From positions 35,402,001-35,466,000 of the forward strand of contig JBHGNT010000001.1 of NCBI GenBank assembly GCA_043228905.1: 64,000 bases of DNA, written 5' to 3'. Source of the DNA: Azolla caroliniana. Taxonomy: Eukaryota; Plantae; Polypodiophyta. The stretch's first letter is position 1. Every line of letters begins with the position of its first letter. A program made the position numbers and the translations under genes. Positions 24,992-39,300 of the stretch are shown here, piece by piece. The notes beneath the pieces were generated by a model. It made no database searches, had not been told where the DNA came from, and worked only from the letters and a program-made list of their open reading frames with translations.

Positions 24992-25600
24992 GGATGACGG
25001 TGATGGTGATGACGACCTCGATGATGATGATGATGATGATGATGGTAATGGTGGTGGAGGTGATGATGATGATGATGATGATGGCGTGGTCTTTGAAAAG
25101 AGCAGCTAAGACCCAAGCAGAAAACCCTAATTTTCACCGGGGAATCTAGAGAAGCAATATAGCCAAAAGTAGAAGAAAGGAGGGGATCATTAATCCATAA
25201 TCTTCTTCCTCGTCGTCATCATCATCATCATCAGAAGAAGAAGAAGAAGGGAGCAAAACATCAGAGATGAGAGCAGGGGGGGGGGGGGCAGGAGTAAGAA
25301 ACAGTAGAGAGAGGTAGAGAGAGGTAGGGATTATGTATGCAATCCAGATCGATCTTTTCCGCATTACGTGGCTCACAACACCAAAAACAAATACATACAT
25401 ACATAAGAACACAGAATAAATACGAATACATACATACATCATTACAATTTAGATGTATACATACATACAAATACATACGTACATACATACCAATATGTAT
25501 GTACATACAGATAGATACCAACACATACGTACATACATACATATATACAAATACATAGTGACATACATATCAATACATATATGATATATACAATGGCCTC
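24992..25600. repeat. (GAT)n, (TCA)n, (GAA)n, poly-G and (TACA)n microsatellites in the probable 5' leader/promoter of the TGA gene
   Basis: Directly visible. Includes a telo-box AAACCCTAA at 25122..25130. Confidence 0.85.
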
Positions 25601-28600
25601 CATATATGTCCTTTATCACAAATGTGAACTCCAACCCCCAAACTCCGGCCGACGAGATCCTATTGTCCCCCCTTCATACCACTCAAACACCTCACCCCCA
25701 TCTTATCTCCCCCCTTGTGCCATTCAAAACCCTCACAATCCCTCGAACCTTCTAACCTAGACTTCCTCGAGATGCCTTCATCTATCCTCTACCTATCGTC
25801 GATTAATCCTTTGCACCTCCCACGTGTGTGCGCGCACATGTGTGTGTGTGTGTGTGTGTGTGTTTATACTCGTCCTGTTTATCTATTGATTCAATAGCTA
25901 AAACCTCTCGCAATTGTACGCTTGAGAAAAAGATAGGTCTTTAACTTTTAGAATGAGTTCACTTTGCGCGTATGAAATGAAAGACAACTTTTGGACGAGT
26001 GAGAAAGTTGGAGCATTATTTGATCTCTCGATTAGGAGATTAACATCCATCATAGAATTGAATCAATTTAGCAACAATATTGCATATTCATTTCAGATAC
26101 TTGTCCTTTTGTAAATATCTCCAACCTACTATTGTGATGCTTGAATTTAGGCTATACGTGAGATTAATGTTGTAAAGTCTATTTAGAGAAAACCACACAC
26201 AAAAGGAGCGATTTACATAGAAAGCACATATATAATGGTGTACATGTTGTATGGATGTGATGCAAGGAAATACTGTATTCATGACAATAATCATGATGTT
26301 AAATGGAGGGATGTGTTGGTTGAAATATACATATGTTATGTCATTGCATGAGGATGTAAAATGAAAACGATGGTCTCATAATGCCACATTTTCGTAATCC
26401 CAATGACCTTATAATATAAAAGTTCAAGAGTATAAAACATCTCCACAAAAGTAGATATGACTCACCTCTCAAGTATACCCTTATTTGTACATTTGTGCAC
26501 TTGTCATAGTCCTAGCTTTATTTGCTTTATTAAATTTATTGTTTTTATAAGTTTATTCTTTTATTGGCTATTATCTATAGTCATGGTCACACGAGAATTG
26601 CTCACTCACATGTCTTGTTCGAATCCTAGTTTAAACAACCCGTCCTTGTTGATTTTTGTGACATTTACCCCTTTATACATGACGATGATGTATTTGTCTA
26701 TCCTAGGTTTGATGAGGAACTTGGATGTGACCATGCACCATATAGCTACAACCAATAGAGGAAAGTAAACGCAAAAGCATAATATGCATGTAGTGTTTGG
26801 GATTACATGGAGTCAAAGGAACAAAGACCAATGGCCAACAAGTTGATGATGGGGTCTCCTAATCAATTGAACAAGGAAACATGAAAGAAAGAAGGACATA
26901 GAATGCATGAGAATCAATGCATGCACTCGAAAGAGTAGCAGCAACAAAGGAACAATATTTGACAAACATCCTACCAATTGGTACAAGTATTTCAGTGTAG
27001 AGGGTCATAAAATTGGTAGGTGAGGCAAGGAGAATTCCTCATCATCATGTCGAACACAAGAAAAATAGTCATAGGCTATATATAACGACAAGCAATGAAG
27101 CCAAAAAGGAGGTGACATTACAGTGAACTCTACGACACATTGGTTTATATAACAATCTTTGCCACTCCAGACTTATGCAAGCATGATCAATGTGTAATAG
27201 AGGGAATGTTCTATATGTTAATGATAATGAGGATATTGGGTTTTGAACCTTATTTTATCTAACAAGAGATGTAGAGATAAATAGTTGTGATTATTGATGA
27301 TAGTAATATATTAATATCCATGTGGGGCCAATAATGTTTAGTAATATATCAACAGCATGGCCCATGGGCCTCAACACCATGACTATGATATCAATATATT
27401 TTCCCTCTACCAACTAAGAGTGGGGAGGGAATGTTTAGGGTTAGGGGTACTCATTATGTGATTGTCATCTAAGAGTAGAGAGGATGTATTCTTTAAGGAA
27501 CCTCCATCACATAAAGAGAGGATATTTTTAATATGGAATTTTTTTTTAAAAGGCAGATGATGTGTTAGGATGAGATATTGCCCTAGTTTCGTATGACAAA
27601 TCCCACCAAAGGTGACGATTGGCCCATAGATATTCACTAGATTTTATCATGGACATAAGAAGCGCATAAGAGGACATGTGAGTGTGTAGACATGAAGGGA
27701 AATACAAAGAAGGAGGACAAATGGGAAGTTGGATTAGAGAATTTGGGCAAGCAAACAATAAAGTGGAAATGTTTGTGCTAACTCAGATGATTCTTGAGGG
27801 GAGAAGAATGCAAAGGAAACGAGAACGCGAGGAAGCAACAAGACAAAATGATTTAGCAAAACATATTACAACATTAATATTATTAAACATCCAAGACCAA
27901 TTTTCATCTACTTCAAATCACCTTGGGGGGTATAGTATAGTGCATATACATGAGCGTGAAGTATGTTGTCCCTAAAATAAAGGCGTATCTGTTTTCTAAA
28001 AGTAAATATAAAAGATTTCCATAAAAGTAAATACAAGAGCCTCCAAATAGGTCATGTAATGAAGCACGGGCCACATCATAAGCTTGATAGGTGTGATCAT
28101 GTTCTCGATTGATGAAGACTAAGTTAGTAAATATATGTTTTTTTACCTCAAAATAGATGTAGTCCAACTACGAGCCACACCACAAGCTTGATGATTGTGA
28201 TAATGTTCTCGTTTGATGACGAACTGCTCTCGTAAACTATACATTAAGGGGGAATAGGAGGTAACTATTATATGCTTGTTTGTTTATCTCACATGATATA
28301 GTAGACATTGTAAGGTCACAATATCCTAATTAGGTAGACATTGCTATTTTATTTTAAGAGTTTTTAACCATCATGGTTAATTGAACTAACTTACATTAAC
28401 GTGCATTCTCAATGTTGAGCATATCGAAAGTTGGGTTTGTTAACTCATTTAGTACTTTCTCCACACCATTTTTATAGCATGATCTCTAAAACTCTTCATT
28501 CATCTTCATTTGTTTTGTGCTCTTTTAGCTTTGAATACTTTGATTAGCACACCAACTATAATACAAGATCAAGCCATAAAGTTTCTAAGAGAGAAATCTA

Positions 28601-29669
28601 AGTCAAGATAGAGCCTTGACTTTTTTGAGCGATGTGCTATAGATTTCCAAGTACCCAAGTAACTTTGTAGGGCGACTCATTATGATGGATAATACTAAAC
28701 ACACTCTCGAGATAACTTTTAATCGGTTGACAACAAGACTCCTAAGTGATTGTCCCTTAGGCCACACATGGATGACAATTAAGCCTTTATATGTTTCTAT
28801 ATTTCTGCATATGCATTGTTTCTTCTCTTATTCTTCATTATATATGGTCATTCACCATTATCTTCACTTTCCCTCTTCGCTCTCCATTCTCACGCTCATC
28901 CACCATCCATTGTTTATAATCCGTTAACCAAATGACACTAGTTTTGGTTGGACTTAATCATTTAATGCACCATCTAGTTGGTTGAGGAAGTTGACCACGT
29001 AAGAGAGTCGAGATAAAGTTTATCTCTAGCAACTGGCTAACTTGTCATATAGGTTGTTGATGACAAATTATCTCTATGCGTCTTGGGCCACCACAATATA
29101 GACAAATAAATTGCTCACCTTCCATGCTTCTACATACTAGTAAGGGCCCTCGAAAATGTGCTACCTATTGAAATTTGCTTGGGGCCAAATGCAACGCTAT
29201 TGTTGATGCATACATTTGCTCCAATATGGGACGAGCTACGCTCAAATAGGCAATTATCACATTGTAAGACTCGACGACATGATTTGGAAGATAACGTCGA
29301 CTCTTCATCATCCCACGGGATTTCCCATGCAAGAAGGTGAGAAATCTACCATGTAAATATCCATGAATCGAATATGTTTTTAGGTCCCTTTCTCCTCATG
29401 AATTGATGGATGAATTTATGGTTAGCATTAGCTTTGTTTTGGTGGGGTTCTTCTTCTCACCAAAACAACCATCAACTTTTGTATTGCTTATGATTTTATA
29501 ATACCAGGGTGTATCTTTTGTTTAAAATAATAATAATTTCAAAGGTAAAATGATATCATTAGCACAAATGTTCAATATTGTCGATCCTTGTTCTAACACT
29601 ATATGTATATGCAATGCACGCTTTGAACTCATTAATAAAACCATCATACTTCTCTAGTGATGGTGACCT

Positions 29670-29898
29670 CATTCTAATAAAGTGAACTCAAGCAACGTCG
29701 ATTGGATATGGACCAAGGTGCATTTTGAATCATGAGATGCACCTAATCAAGAAATCATCGAACCACGTTGCCGATGGTGTGAACCATGATGTTGTTGTTG
29801 TCTTTGTTAATAGCATTCTGATAAAGTGAACTCAAGTAACAACGATCGGATATGGACCAAGGTGCATTTTGAATCACGAGATGCACCTAATCAAGAAA
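29670..29898. repeat. About 85-bp direct repeat with a 144-bp period, upstream of ALA2
   Basis: CATTCT(A/G)ATAAAGTGAACTCAAG...GGACCAAGGTGCATTTTGAATCA(T/C)GAGATGCACCTAATCAAGAAA starts at 29670 and 29814. Confidence 0.9.
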
Positions 29899-30351
29899 GC
29901 ATTGGAACTGCGATTGAGTGCCATTGAACTCATATTTGGCTCTCATTTGGGGGGAGGGGCACGGAGGCACGTTTGAAGCCTGTCATTGGTACAAAGATTC
30001 TTTGGGTTGGAGCTGGATAGGCCATTCTTTTGGAACATACGAAACGTAAATCGAATGCGAGAGCGATTTAATGAGGTTTTGGATGGGCGGTGGGGGGGGG
30101 CAGGCCAAAGTGTGAAACGAACCCAGAGCAACCAATGCTACAGAATATTCGTCCGGTAGAGAAAACACAAACACGTTGCTGCTACTGTATGTATGTAATA
30201 TGTATCTCTGTGTGTGCGCCTGCCTCTCTCTTCCTCTCCCTGTCTCCGAGGTCATGCATTCCATTTTTCCAATTCTTCTTCGATTTCATATTGTTCGAGG
30301 GGTTCTACAGATCGATCAAACCAGTTTCAGATTTTCCGTTGCATTGAGGAG

Positions 30352-33300
30352 ATGAAGAGGGCTGTGTATATAGATGACCGCGAACTCTGCCTCGACAGTT
30401 TCTGCAACAACAAAGTCTCCAACACAAAGTATACACTCCTGAATTTTCTGCCAAAAAACTTATGGGAGCAATTCAGGTAAGGGGATATACACATGTATCT
30501 CTCTCTCAAATGGAATGGAGTTCTCATGCTATTTTTGCATCACCAAATTGCCCATTTTATGATAAAAATGTGCGGTTGAGAGGGTTGAAAGTGTACATCA
30601 ACCAGATGCAAGCTGACTCTCGTGAATTACAATGGAATGGAATCACATTATAATTTTGATTTAAGATGAAAATTTAAAGAAGGACCTTTAGAGTTATTAG
30701 AAATTTAGAATGGAAAATGTCGTAAGTTTATTGATTAATTGGTTTTTCATCTGAATGCTTCTTGAAATTACACCATTTTTTGAGGTTGCACAAGAGATCG
30801 TTAAGGCAAATTTGCTCTATGCAAGTGTCCTCAAAATTATATGTTAATTCCTTCCTGGTTTGGTATAAACTATGATCATTTTTTAAGAAGCCATTAATGC
30901 TAAATATATATATGTATCTTTTTGTTGGCAGAAGTAATGATTTCTTTATTATGAAATTCTTTTTTTCTCCCCTTTGTGCTACAGTCGATTCATGAACAAG
31001 TATTTTCTTCTAATTGCATGCCTACAACTTTGGCCACTCATTACTCCAGTGAACCCATTAAGTACCTGGGGGCCACTGGCAGTTATATTTGCAGTTTCGG
31101 CTTCAAAAGAGGCGTGGGATGATTATAACAGATACATTGTAGATAAAAAAGCTAACCAGAAAAAAGTATGGGTAGCACAAAAGGGTATAAAAGCACAGGT
31201 ATATTAAGAATCGTTGACTCTAAACTTTAATTTGAAACTCTTTCTAATCCAGAGCTATGCATTTGCATTTGTTGTCGTATTGCAGATTGATGCTCAAGAT
31301 ATTCATGTTGGGGACATAATATGGATACGTGAAAATGAAGAAGTTCCATGTGACTTGGTCTTGCTTGGAACTTCTGAACCCCAGGGCATTTGCCACGTTG
31401 AAGTATGCACCCAAACATTAGCTTTCTCAAAGTGTTCATTGAATTTTCATGAGAACCCTATTGTTTGCTACATATCCTGATGATGTAATTGTGTGAGTTC
31501 CAAGTTCGAGGTTCTCACATGTAGAAATTTTTTGTATGCTGAAAGATTGCACGTGAATGGTTTATCAAGCTGAGAATATTATCATTGGCAAAGTTACACA
31601 TAAAAGGGAGCTCCTACACGAGAACGAAATTATCTTGTTCATCAGAATCTCTCTGAAAAGTCTTGTGATTTTCCCTGGCATGATGAAAAGTGCAAAATGA
31701 TGCAATAGCTATGTGATAATGATTGCTTCACTTAGATGCCTTTGCCATTTTGTTCAGCGTATCTATTGTTTCCAAACAAATGCTAGCATGGATTTGAGTC
31801 CTCAAGGATTGATCCTGTGCAATCCTGCTATTTGTGATCAAACTGAAGTCTTCATACTGGTCAATATGGCCACAATGATGAACGAAATATTCTTGATATC
31901 ACATTCACAAGTTTGATTTCTGTCTTTGAGTTCTTGCCATCTTAAACAGCATGAACTCCACTGGGTTGGGTTGATTATTTCCATCACGGAAACCCATATG
32001 TCTCTTTCCCACATGACTTGTGTATTCTTTTTGTTGGTTGAGTACTACTCTACCAAATGTGACACAAAATCTCTCCGCCAACTTTCAGTTAGTTGGTTAT
32101 TTTTGGAATGTTGTGGTTTGTTGTTCTCAAATATGAGCTGGCCATATAGAATGTCAATTATTGACCAATTACAGGCTACTTGAGATCTCTCTTTGCAACA
32201 AGAGGAATCTTGGAGTTGAGCAAGGTCCTAGAGGTAGATCAAAGGTGTTGCAGATCTGGGGTAGGGAGCAACTGTTTCCCATCCCTACTACTAAACTATG
32301 TTTTTTGAAGACTTCCTGCTGGTGCATCTTATGTAAGTGATGGCTGAAATCTGCAGCCTTATGTATGACCTTCACTTCTTTTATTTTCTTTACAGACTGC
32401 TGCATTGGATGGAGAGACTGATCTCAAAAGAAGGATTGTACCTCTCCCTTGCATTGGCCTAACTATTGAACTGCTCCATAAAATAAAGGTCAGGTTATTC
32501 ATCTCCCATAATAGGACCATTCAAGAAAAGAAAAGACACGTCACTTTTTTGTGAAGTAAAGTTTCTGCATTTTATTGATGTTAAAATTAGCAATGTTTTG
32601 CAGGGTCTGATTGAATGCCCCGTTCCAAATAATGATATAAGGAGGTTTGATGGGAATCTACGGTTATTCCCTCCTTTCATTGAGAATGATTTGTTTTCTC
32701 TCACAACAAACAATACATTGCTGCAAGGCTGCTATTTGAGAAACACAGAATGGGCCTGTGGTGTTGCAGTTTATACTGGTAACCTCATGTCCTTTGATTA
32801 TAGGATCTTGTTTATTTATTTGAGTGAGTTTGACTTGTGCTTATGCTCACATCATTCATGCATTAATTTCTGGAATGTTTTTAAGTATATGCTATTCATA
32901 AACCGGAATTACGTCCCTTATAAATATAAATATTCTTAATGAATGGAGAGGTTTAGGTATCTAACAAATTAAAACCTTATTGCTTGGAATGCATTTTACT
33001 TTCTGGTTCACTCTGCTTATGGTATATGTAAAACATCTGCAAAAAGAAAGAGATCGTAATGTGTAAAGGCCAAGATGCCCTATCAGACGGAATGAGAACG
33101 ATAATTTACATGCTGTCTCATCTTTGAGAACAACAAACTAAAATAAATGTAACTAAATGAGTAAAGTGCCTTAGGTACCAGGTAATCAAGCTAGCTAAGT
33201 ATTTAACCTTCTGATCTTAGATGGACCAAAATTTCTGCCTTTGAAATATCTCCAACATGGACTGATCGAAGATGAAGAGGACTTCAAATCTAGGAAGCAC

Positions 33301-36300
33301 CTCTGGTGCCTGTGATAATGGGCTCAATTTGTTGATAACGATAGATGTGGCCTACATGCTTGAAAAATTGATATTGATTGATCTGTAAATGAGGATAAAA
33401 AGAATAGTCCTGAGCATCTTTGATCATCATATCCCATTACCTTGTGAAGGGAACCAAAGCTTTCTTCAGAGAGGTAGTGATATCTCCCTGCTTAGTCATA
33501 AAAAACAATACAATATATCTAACATATAGCCTTTGATTCCACATCCCAAGCCACAATTGGCAGATGCTTTTTTTCATAGCTTTTTCAATCTCTAGCTGAT
33601 GTGAAGAGGTTCTGAGCTGCCTTTACACTACAGTCTACAGAGTGGATGAGATATGCGTAGACATTAATCGGGCCAATCGTGAGTACCTTTGCTTTGAGAG
33701 CTCGCAAATCTGTTCAATACAAGTCATGGATCGGAATAGTGCCTTGATCACTATTGGGGCTGCTTCAATCTCATTTGGATTATATCGTGTGGCACTGATG
33801 CTTTGCTTCTTATCATGCAGGAAACTGGGTTGCCAAGTTTCTACCCCATAGAGAATAGTCAGTGTTGAAAGTGTATAAGCCTAACAAATTTTTGTCATGT
33901 CTCTTAAAACTGTATATGCACAATGTCTCTCAAGGGCACCAAGGGTTGCATATCCACAAGAAAGTTAAACACAGGCAGCCTCCTGCAGGGAGAACAGAAG
34001 CCATGTTAATGTTACTCCTAGGTATGTGTACAATCACGTGTATGCCTTGTTCTTGTATCCCGATAAGATCCACAACTCGGATAATATTGCCCAAGGAACA
34101 AAATCACATTGTATTAGGCCTTTCTTTGCATGGAAGACTTTATTTCGCGAGTCTTGAGATACGCACGATGAAAAGATACTCTCCCAAGGTTATCCATGTG
34201 TCTGGTTGAAATTTACAGGGATTTCCCTCAGTAGTCACCAAGTTTCAAATGTAGCTACACAATGTGCTATACTGTATTATTCTTTTACTATGAATTTAGT
34301 CTTTTTATTTAGTCATATTTGCACATTAAGAATCTTGAAATATCCACGCTCAGAGATAATTTGAGATGTAACATTGAAAGTCTCTAAACAAATTAGTAAA
34401 GTTGTCTTATTTTTTGTTTTCAAGATATGCAGTTTAGTTGCTTCTCCTTGGCTTCATCATACTTAACATTTTGTTTAATGAGATTATTTATCTACAGGGA
34501 ATGAGACTAAATTAGGGATGAGCAAAGGACTACCAGAACCCAAACTAACTGCTGTAGATGGGATGATTGACAAATTGACTGGTGCAATATTTATATTTCA
34601 GTTAATAGTTGTTTTGATTCTTGGGGTATCAGGGAATATGTGGAAAGCATTCGAAGCTGAAAGGGTAATAAAATGAAAAGAATCATGAGAAATATTATAA
34701 TCGCATTTATGCACTCATTGTTAACTATTTGATGTGTTATTACGCCTTTTTTCTTTGAATGCAGAAATGGTATTTAAACTATCCACTGAAAGCAGCATGG
34801 TTTGAAGTTCTTGTAATTCCATTAAGATTTGAGCTTCTTTGCTCGATTATGATTCCTATATCTATAAAGGTATGCACTTCAGTTTAAGATTGTAATTGTG
34901 TTGATGGTTCTAAATCTTCGGTTTATGACGGTCTGCAGGTTACCCTTGATCTTGTGAAGGGATTATATGCAAAATTTATTGACTGGGATCTCCAAATGTA
35001 TGATGAGAGGACTGATACACCAGCTGTTGCAACCAAGTATGTGCCATTGTTTAGGATTAGGAGGGCCTAATGAAATCGACTTGTTGGAGTGGTTTTTGGA
35101 AACATAGTAAATGTATCTTTTTATTTTCTTGCTGTGAATACATGCTATCACATTTACAAGTTATGCATAAAGGTGCTCGATCTGGAGTTTACTGCTATGT
35201 CTATTCAACTTTAGCATTTTGATTTGATGTGGAATATTTAAACCTCGATATGGCACAAATCATGCTTATTCACAATATGTAAAACCATAAAATGATACAA
35301 AGCATGAGTTAATAGGCTGGATCATCTGTTTCTATTTAGTGGGCAGCCAGTAGTGTACATAAAGTCATGCAAGTATTTGTAAGTCATGTTCACAGGACCC
35401 ACAGCCACAGACAGATTGTAGAGACTATGCATTTTGGGATACATGAGAGACAATGAGCTCATGGAGAGTTCGGAGAACCTCACACCAAGCTATTGTTGTT
35501 CAATGCCTTCATTGTTCACTCCTACCCCCTTGTATGGAGCAGAGATATTATAACCAAGTCTCCGCAATGTGGAAGATTGGAGAAACATAGAAGGGGTGCT
35601 AGTTATGATGCCATAAATTATTTATGATAGTAGAATGACCTTTTTCTTTTCAATTTATTGGCTGCTCGCATTGACATACGACATAGACATGACTTGGTGT
35701 CAATATCAGTCTCATAGTTACTAACACAATCAGGGATAGAAGTCATAAATAGATTGTGGTCCTTTTAGAGTTTTTAAATATATATTCTTTGTAGCATAAG
35801 ATTCGAATACTTGGTTGTTTCAAGATCCACTTTAAAACTATACTATACTAGATTGAAGTAAAATTAAATATCAAGTAACATGGAATTACGAAAATGTTGC
35901 CAACACTTCAGCAATCTTAGGAATGGAAGTTGCAAATAGATTGTGAGCCTTTAGCGTTTTTAAATAGTCATGCTTTCTCGCATAATGTTCCACTACTTGA
36001 ATGTTTCAAGATCTACTTTAAAAAGATAGTATATTAGAATGCAGTAAACTAAATGTCAAGTTAAAATGGAATTATGAACAACCTATTCTTGATGGGTTAT
36101 GAAACTTTTGCTAGCATTTAAGCAACCGTAGGGATGGAAATTGCAAATAGATTGTGTATCTTTAGATGATTTAAAGATACATCTTCCGAAGAATAAGATT
36201 CCAAGTGCGGTACAAATAAATTTCAAGGAACATCAAATTATGCACGGACAAAAAATTTAGAGTAGACTTTAAAGATGAGGGAAACTATGCTATTTCCCAA

Positions 36301-39300
36301 TTGCCCCAAAGTTCCAAAATTTAAGGTCAGTTATATTTCGCTTTTAAGGATGAATATACAATAATCACTTTAATAGTTGTATTCACATTTCCCATATGAT
36401 GTGGATGTAATCTCTAATCAAAGATTTGGTAAGCTGTAATTTTGGATAAACTGGAACTATTTTCTCTTATCAGAATTGGGTTATTCTAAACTCAAACAAT
36501 TGTTTTGTGTATAATGTTTTTCTCTACATTATTTATGGAACTTTCTGATTTTCCCTTTTCATTCTTCTGTTTCTACAGTACAGCAATAAGTGAAGATCTT
36601 GGTCAAATTGAATTTATTTTAACAGACAAGACTGGAACTCTTACTGAAAATAGGATGGTTTTCAAGGCATGTTGCATTAAAGGAGTCTCATACGGACTTT
36701 TGACAGGTAGCATATCTGCGACAGGCTGTTATTAGTTTTCTATTATCACACTCTAAACTACGTTTTACTATGCTCAAGTACTATTCTTAATTAACCTGAA
36801 TTATATTATGAATTTCATATGGGTGGTCAGATCCAGATCTATTACATGCCGTAGCAGATCTTGTACCAGATGTGATTAAATTTTTACTAGTGATGGCCCT
36901 CTGTAATACTGTTGTACCTGTCAAAAGGTTTGATTTGCATTTTGGACTTAGTTGAAAGGTTCCTATGATTATTTCATAGTAGTATTTGGTAATGTTATTG
37001 ATGATAATATGATCCAAGGTTTGCATGTCAGCGTTACTGGTTCCATCACATATAAGGCTCAATCCCAAGATGAAGAGGCATTAGTATCAGCAGCTGCCCA
37101 ACTAAAGGTGGTTTTAGTGAGTAGAACAGCAAGTTCCCTATGTATGTAGAGAGTTTTTAAGATCCCTTATTTTCAATGCATTTTAGGTTGGTGATTGATG
37201 GATACATCCATGTTTATGATCAGGGATTAATATCTTAGGACATCTGCTGGAGTATGAAATTTTGGAAACCCTGGAGTTCACATCAGATCGGAAACGAATG
37301 TCCATGGTTTTGAGAGAGTTACAGACTGGAAAAATAATATTACTGGTAAAAGGAGCAGATGAAGTTATCTTCCCATCACTGTGCAGTGGTAAATATGTTT
37401 TCATTTTAAAGCATTGCTTTTATTAACAATGTTGGCACATTAAATTTTGGGGATATAGATTCTTTTTGGCATTATTGTTTCGGCTGGAGTAGGGTTGTGT
37501 TGCTTTATAGATCTGTTTTCTTTTTGTTGCAGGTCAACAAGTGAAAAAAATTGCTGAGGCTTTTGAACAGTTTTCTCAGACAGGATTTCGAACTATGTGT
37601 CTTGCTTGGCGTGATCTTGAAGAGAATGAATATAACAATTGGTCCAAGAGATATAAGGATGCAAACACTTCTGTTAGAGATCGTGAGGTATGTGAAGTAT
37701 GTAATGTGTCAGTTGAAAGTCACTCTCAAAATCTAAAGAAGAAATTGGAGCATGCTAATAATAAAATCACTTGTGTGCTACCCAGATAACTAGATAACCT
37801 ATTTATTAGGGTCAAAGTCGTTGATATGTAATATGCTTCATGATTAGCGGGTCAACATCATGAAATACTCAATGTCAGATCACAATTTGCTTTATAAACA
37901 TGTTGTTGTTTTCCAGCACTATATTATACAAGTTGATGTAATTAGAATCTGCTGCAGTAGGTACCAGTGAGCTCTCACGTTTCTTGTGAAGAGGCCAGAT
38001 ATAGTAACTTTTTTCTGTTTATTTCTTGATTTTCTTATTTCACTTCACATAATAGCAAGTTAGATCATCTCCTTTGTAACAAGAAATGATTTTCCCTAAT
38101 CATGAACTTCTATGGTCAGAGATGTTTCTGATTGTTTCTACTAGAGATCTGTAGATTTAGAGAGTTTCTCTCATGGGTCACTTTGGAAACAAGATTTATT
38201 GCGCCATTTGATTACGCAAGAGATCAATCTTATCAGAGGGGATATAGAGGATTTCCCTCATGTAACATATAGAATATGTTACACCATAACGCGTTTTGTA
38301 CAATACTAGAACTCTTTTATGTAAGTTTTATTTTATTTTATTTTTATTTTCGATAATTGGGTACACACCCCATTTTGTTGTAAAACAATTGCCTCATGGG
38401 CCAATTTTGGTCTTAGAAGACGTTAATATATCTTTCTTTCTTTCTCATAGGTCACTTTGGCCTTTGGAGACGTTACTTTAGCATTTTATATCTCTCTCTA
38501 GCCTCCCATTCAACTTGTATTCTTAGGCCATTATATCGGTACTGAGATACACTGTATTGTAGGTCTTTATTTTCCTACTCACACTGTATCTGGTGCTTGA
38601 CTCCAGATCCAGCATTTGTGGTGATTTTGTTTTTTGTAGCCTTTAATCTGACTGTTGGCCCCAACTCTTGTATACATGGATTACATGACTATTTTCTTTA
38701 CCCTTTATTCTAACTATCATACTTCTACTGTGATATGTTGTATTTTAGGTCTAGCGTATTCATATCTCTAGCATCCCTGTCATATTGTGGGGGAGCGGAG
38801 ACAAGCTAACTCACCCAAACAAATAACCATCACTAAACTCTCACTTAAGTTGTACTCTTTAGAAGTTTTTGAGGTCTTGTTTATGATTTTAGAAGCGAGT
38901 TCATCCATGCCTACTCACAACCTCCTAGAAGCAAGAAAGAAAGAAAGAAAGAAAGATATATTAACGTCTTTTAAGAGGCCAAAATGGCCTATAAGACCGA
39001 ATAAGAGATTACATCTTAAATGTTTTCTCGTCTTTGAGAACAAATCAAAATAAAGTAAATATTACACAGTAAATATAAAAGTAAATAAGATGAAAAGAAA
39101 AGAGACGAGAGAATCTGGTTTTTGGCCCATGCGAGATTCTCAAGTTAGGTGTATTGTAGCTTTTGTCTCCGAAAGATCTCTATCATAGGTCAATCCAGAA
39201 TGGAAATGTCTCCGAAGCGAGGGAAGCACCTACGATGGCGGGAGATAATGGCTTTTATTTGTCGATGACAAGGGTGTTGAGGTCGTGGTCCATGGGGCCG

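Noticed and set aside
24817-25137. Poly-histidine ORF on the minus strand
   Set aside because: It starts at GTG and is simply the translation of a (GAT)n microsatellite in the probable TGA leader. There is no other coding evidence.
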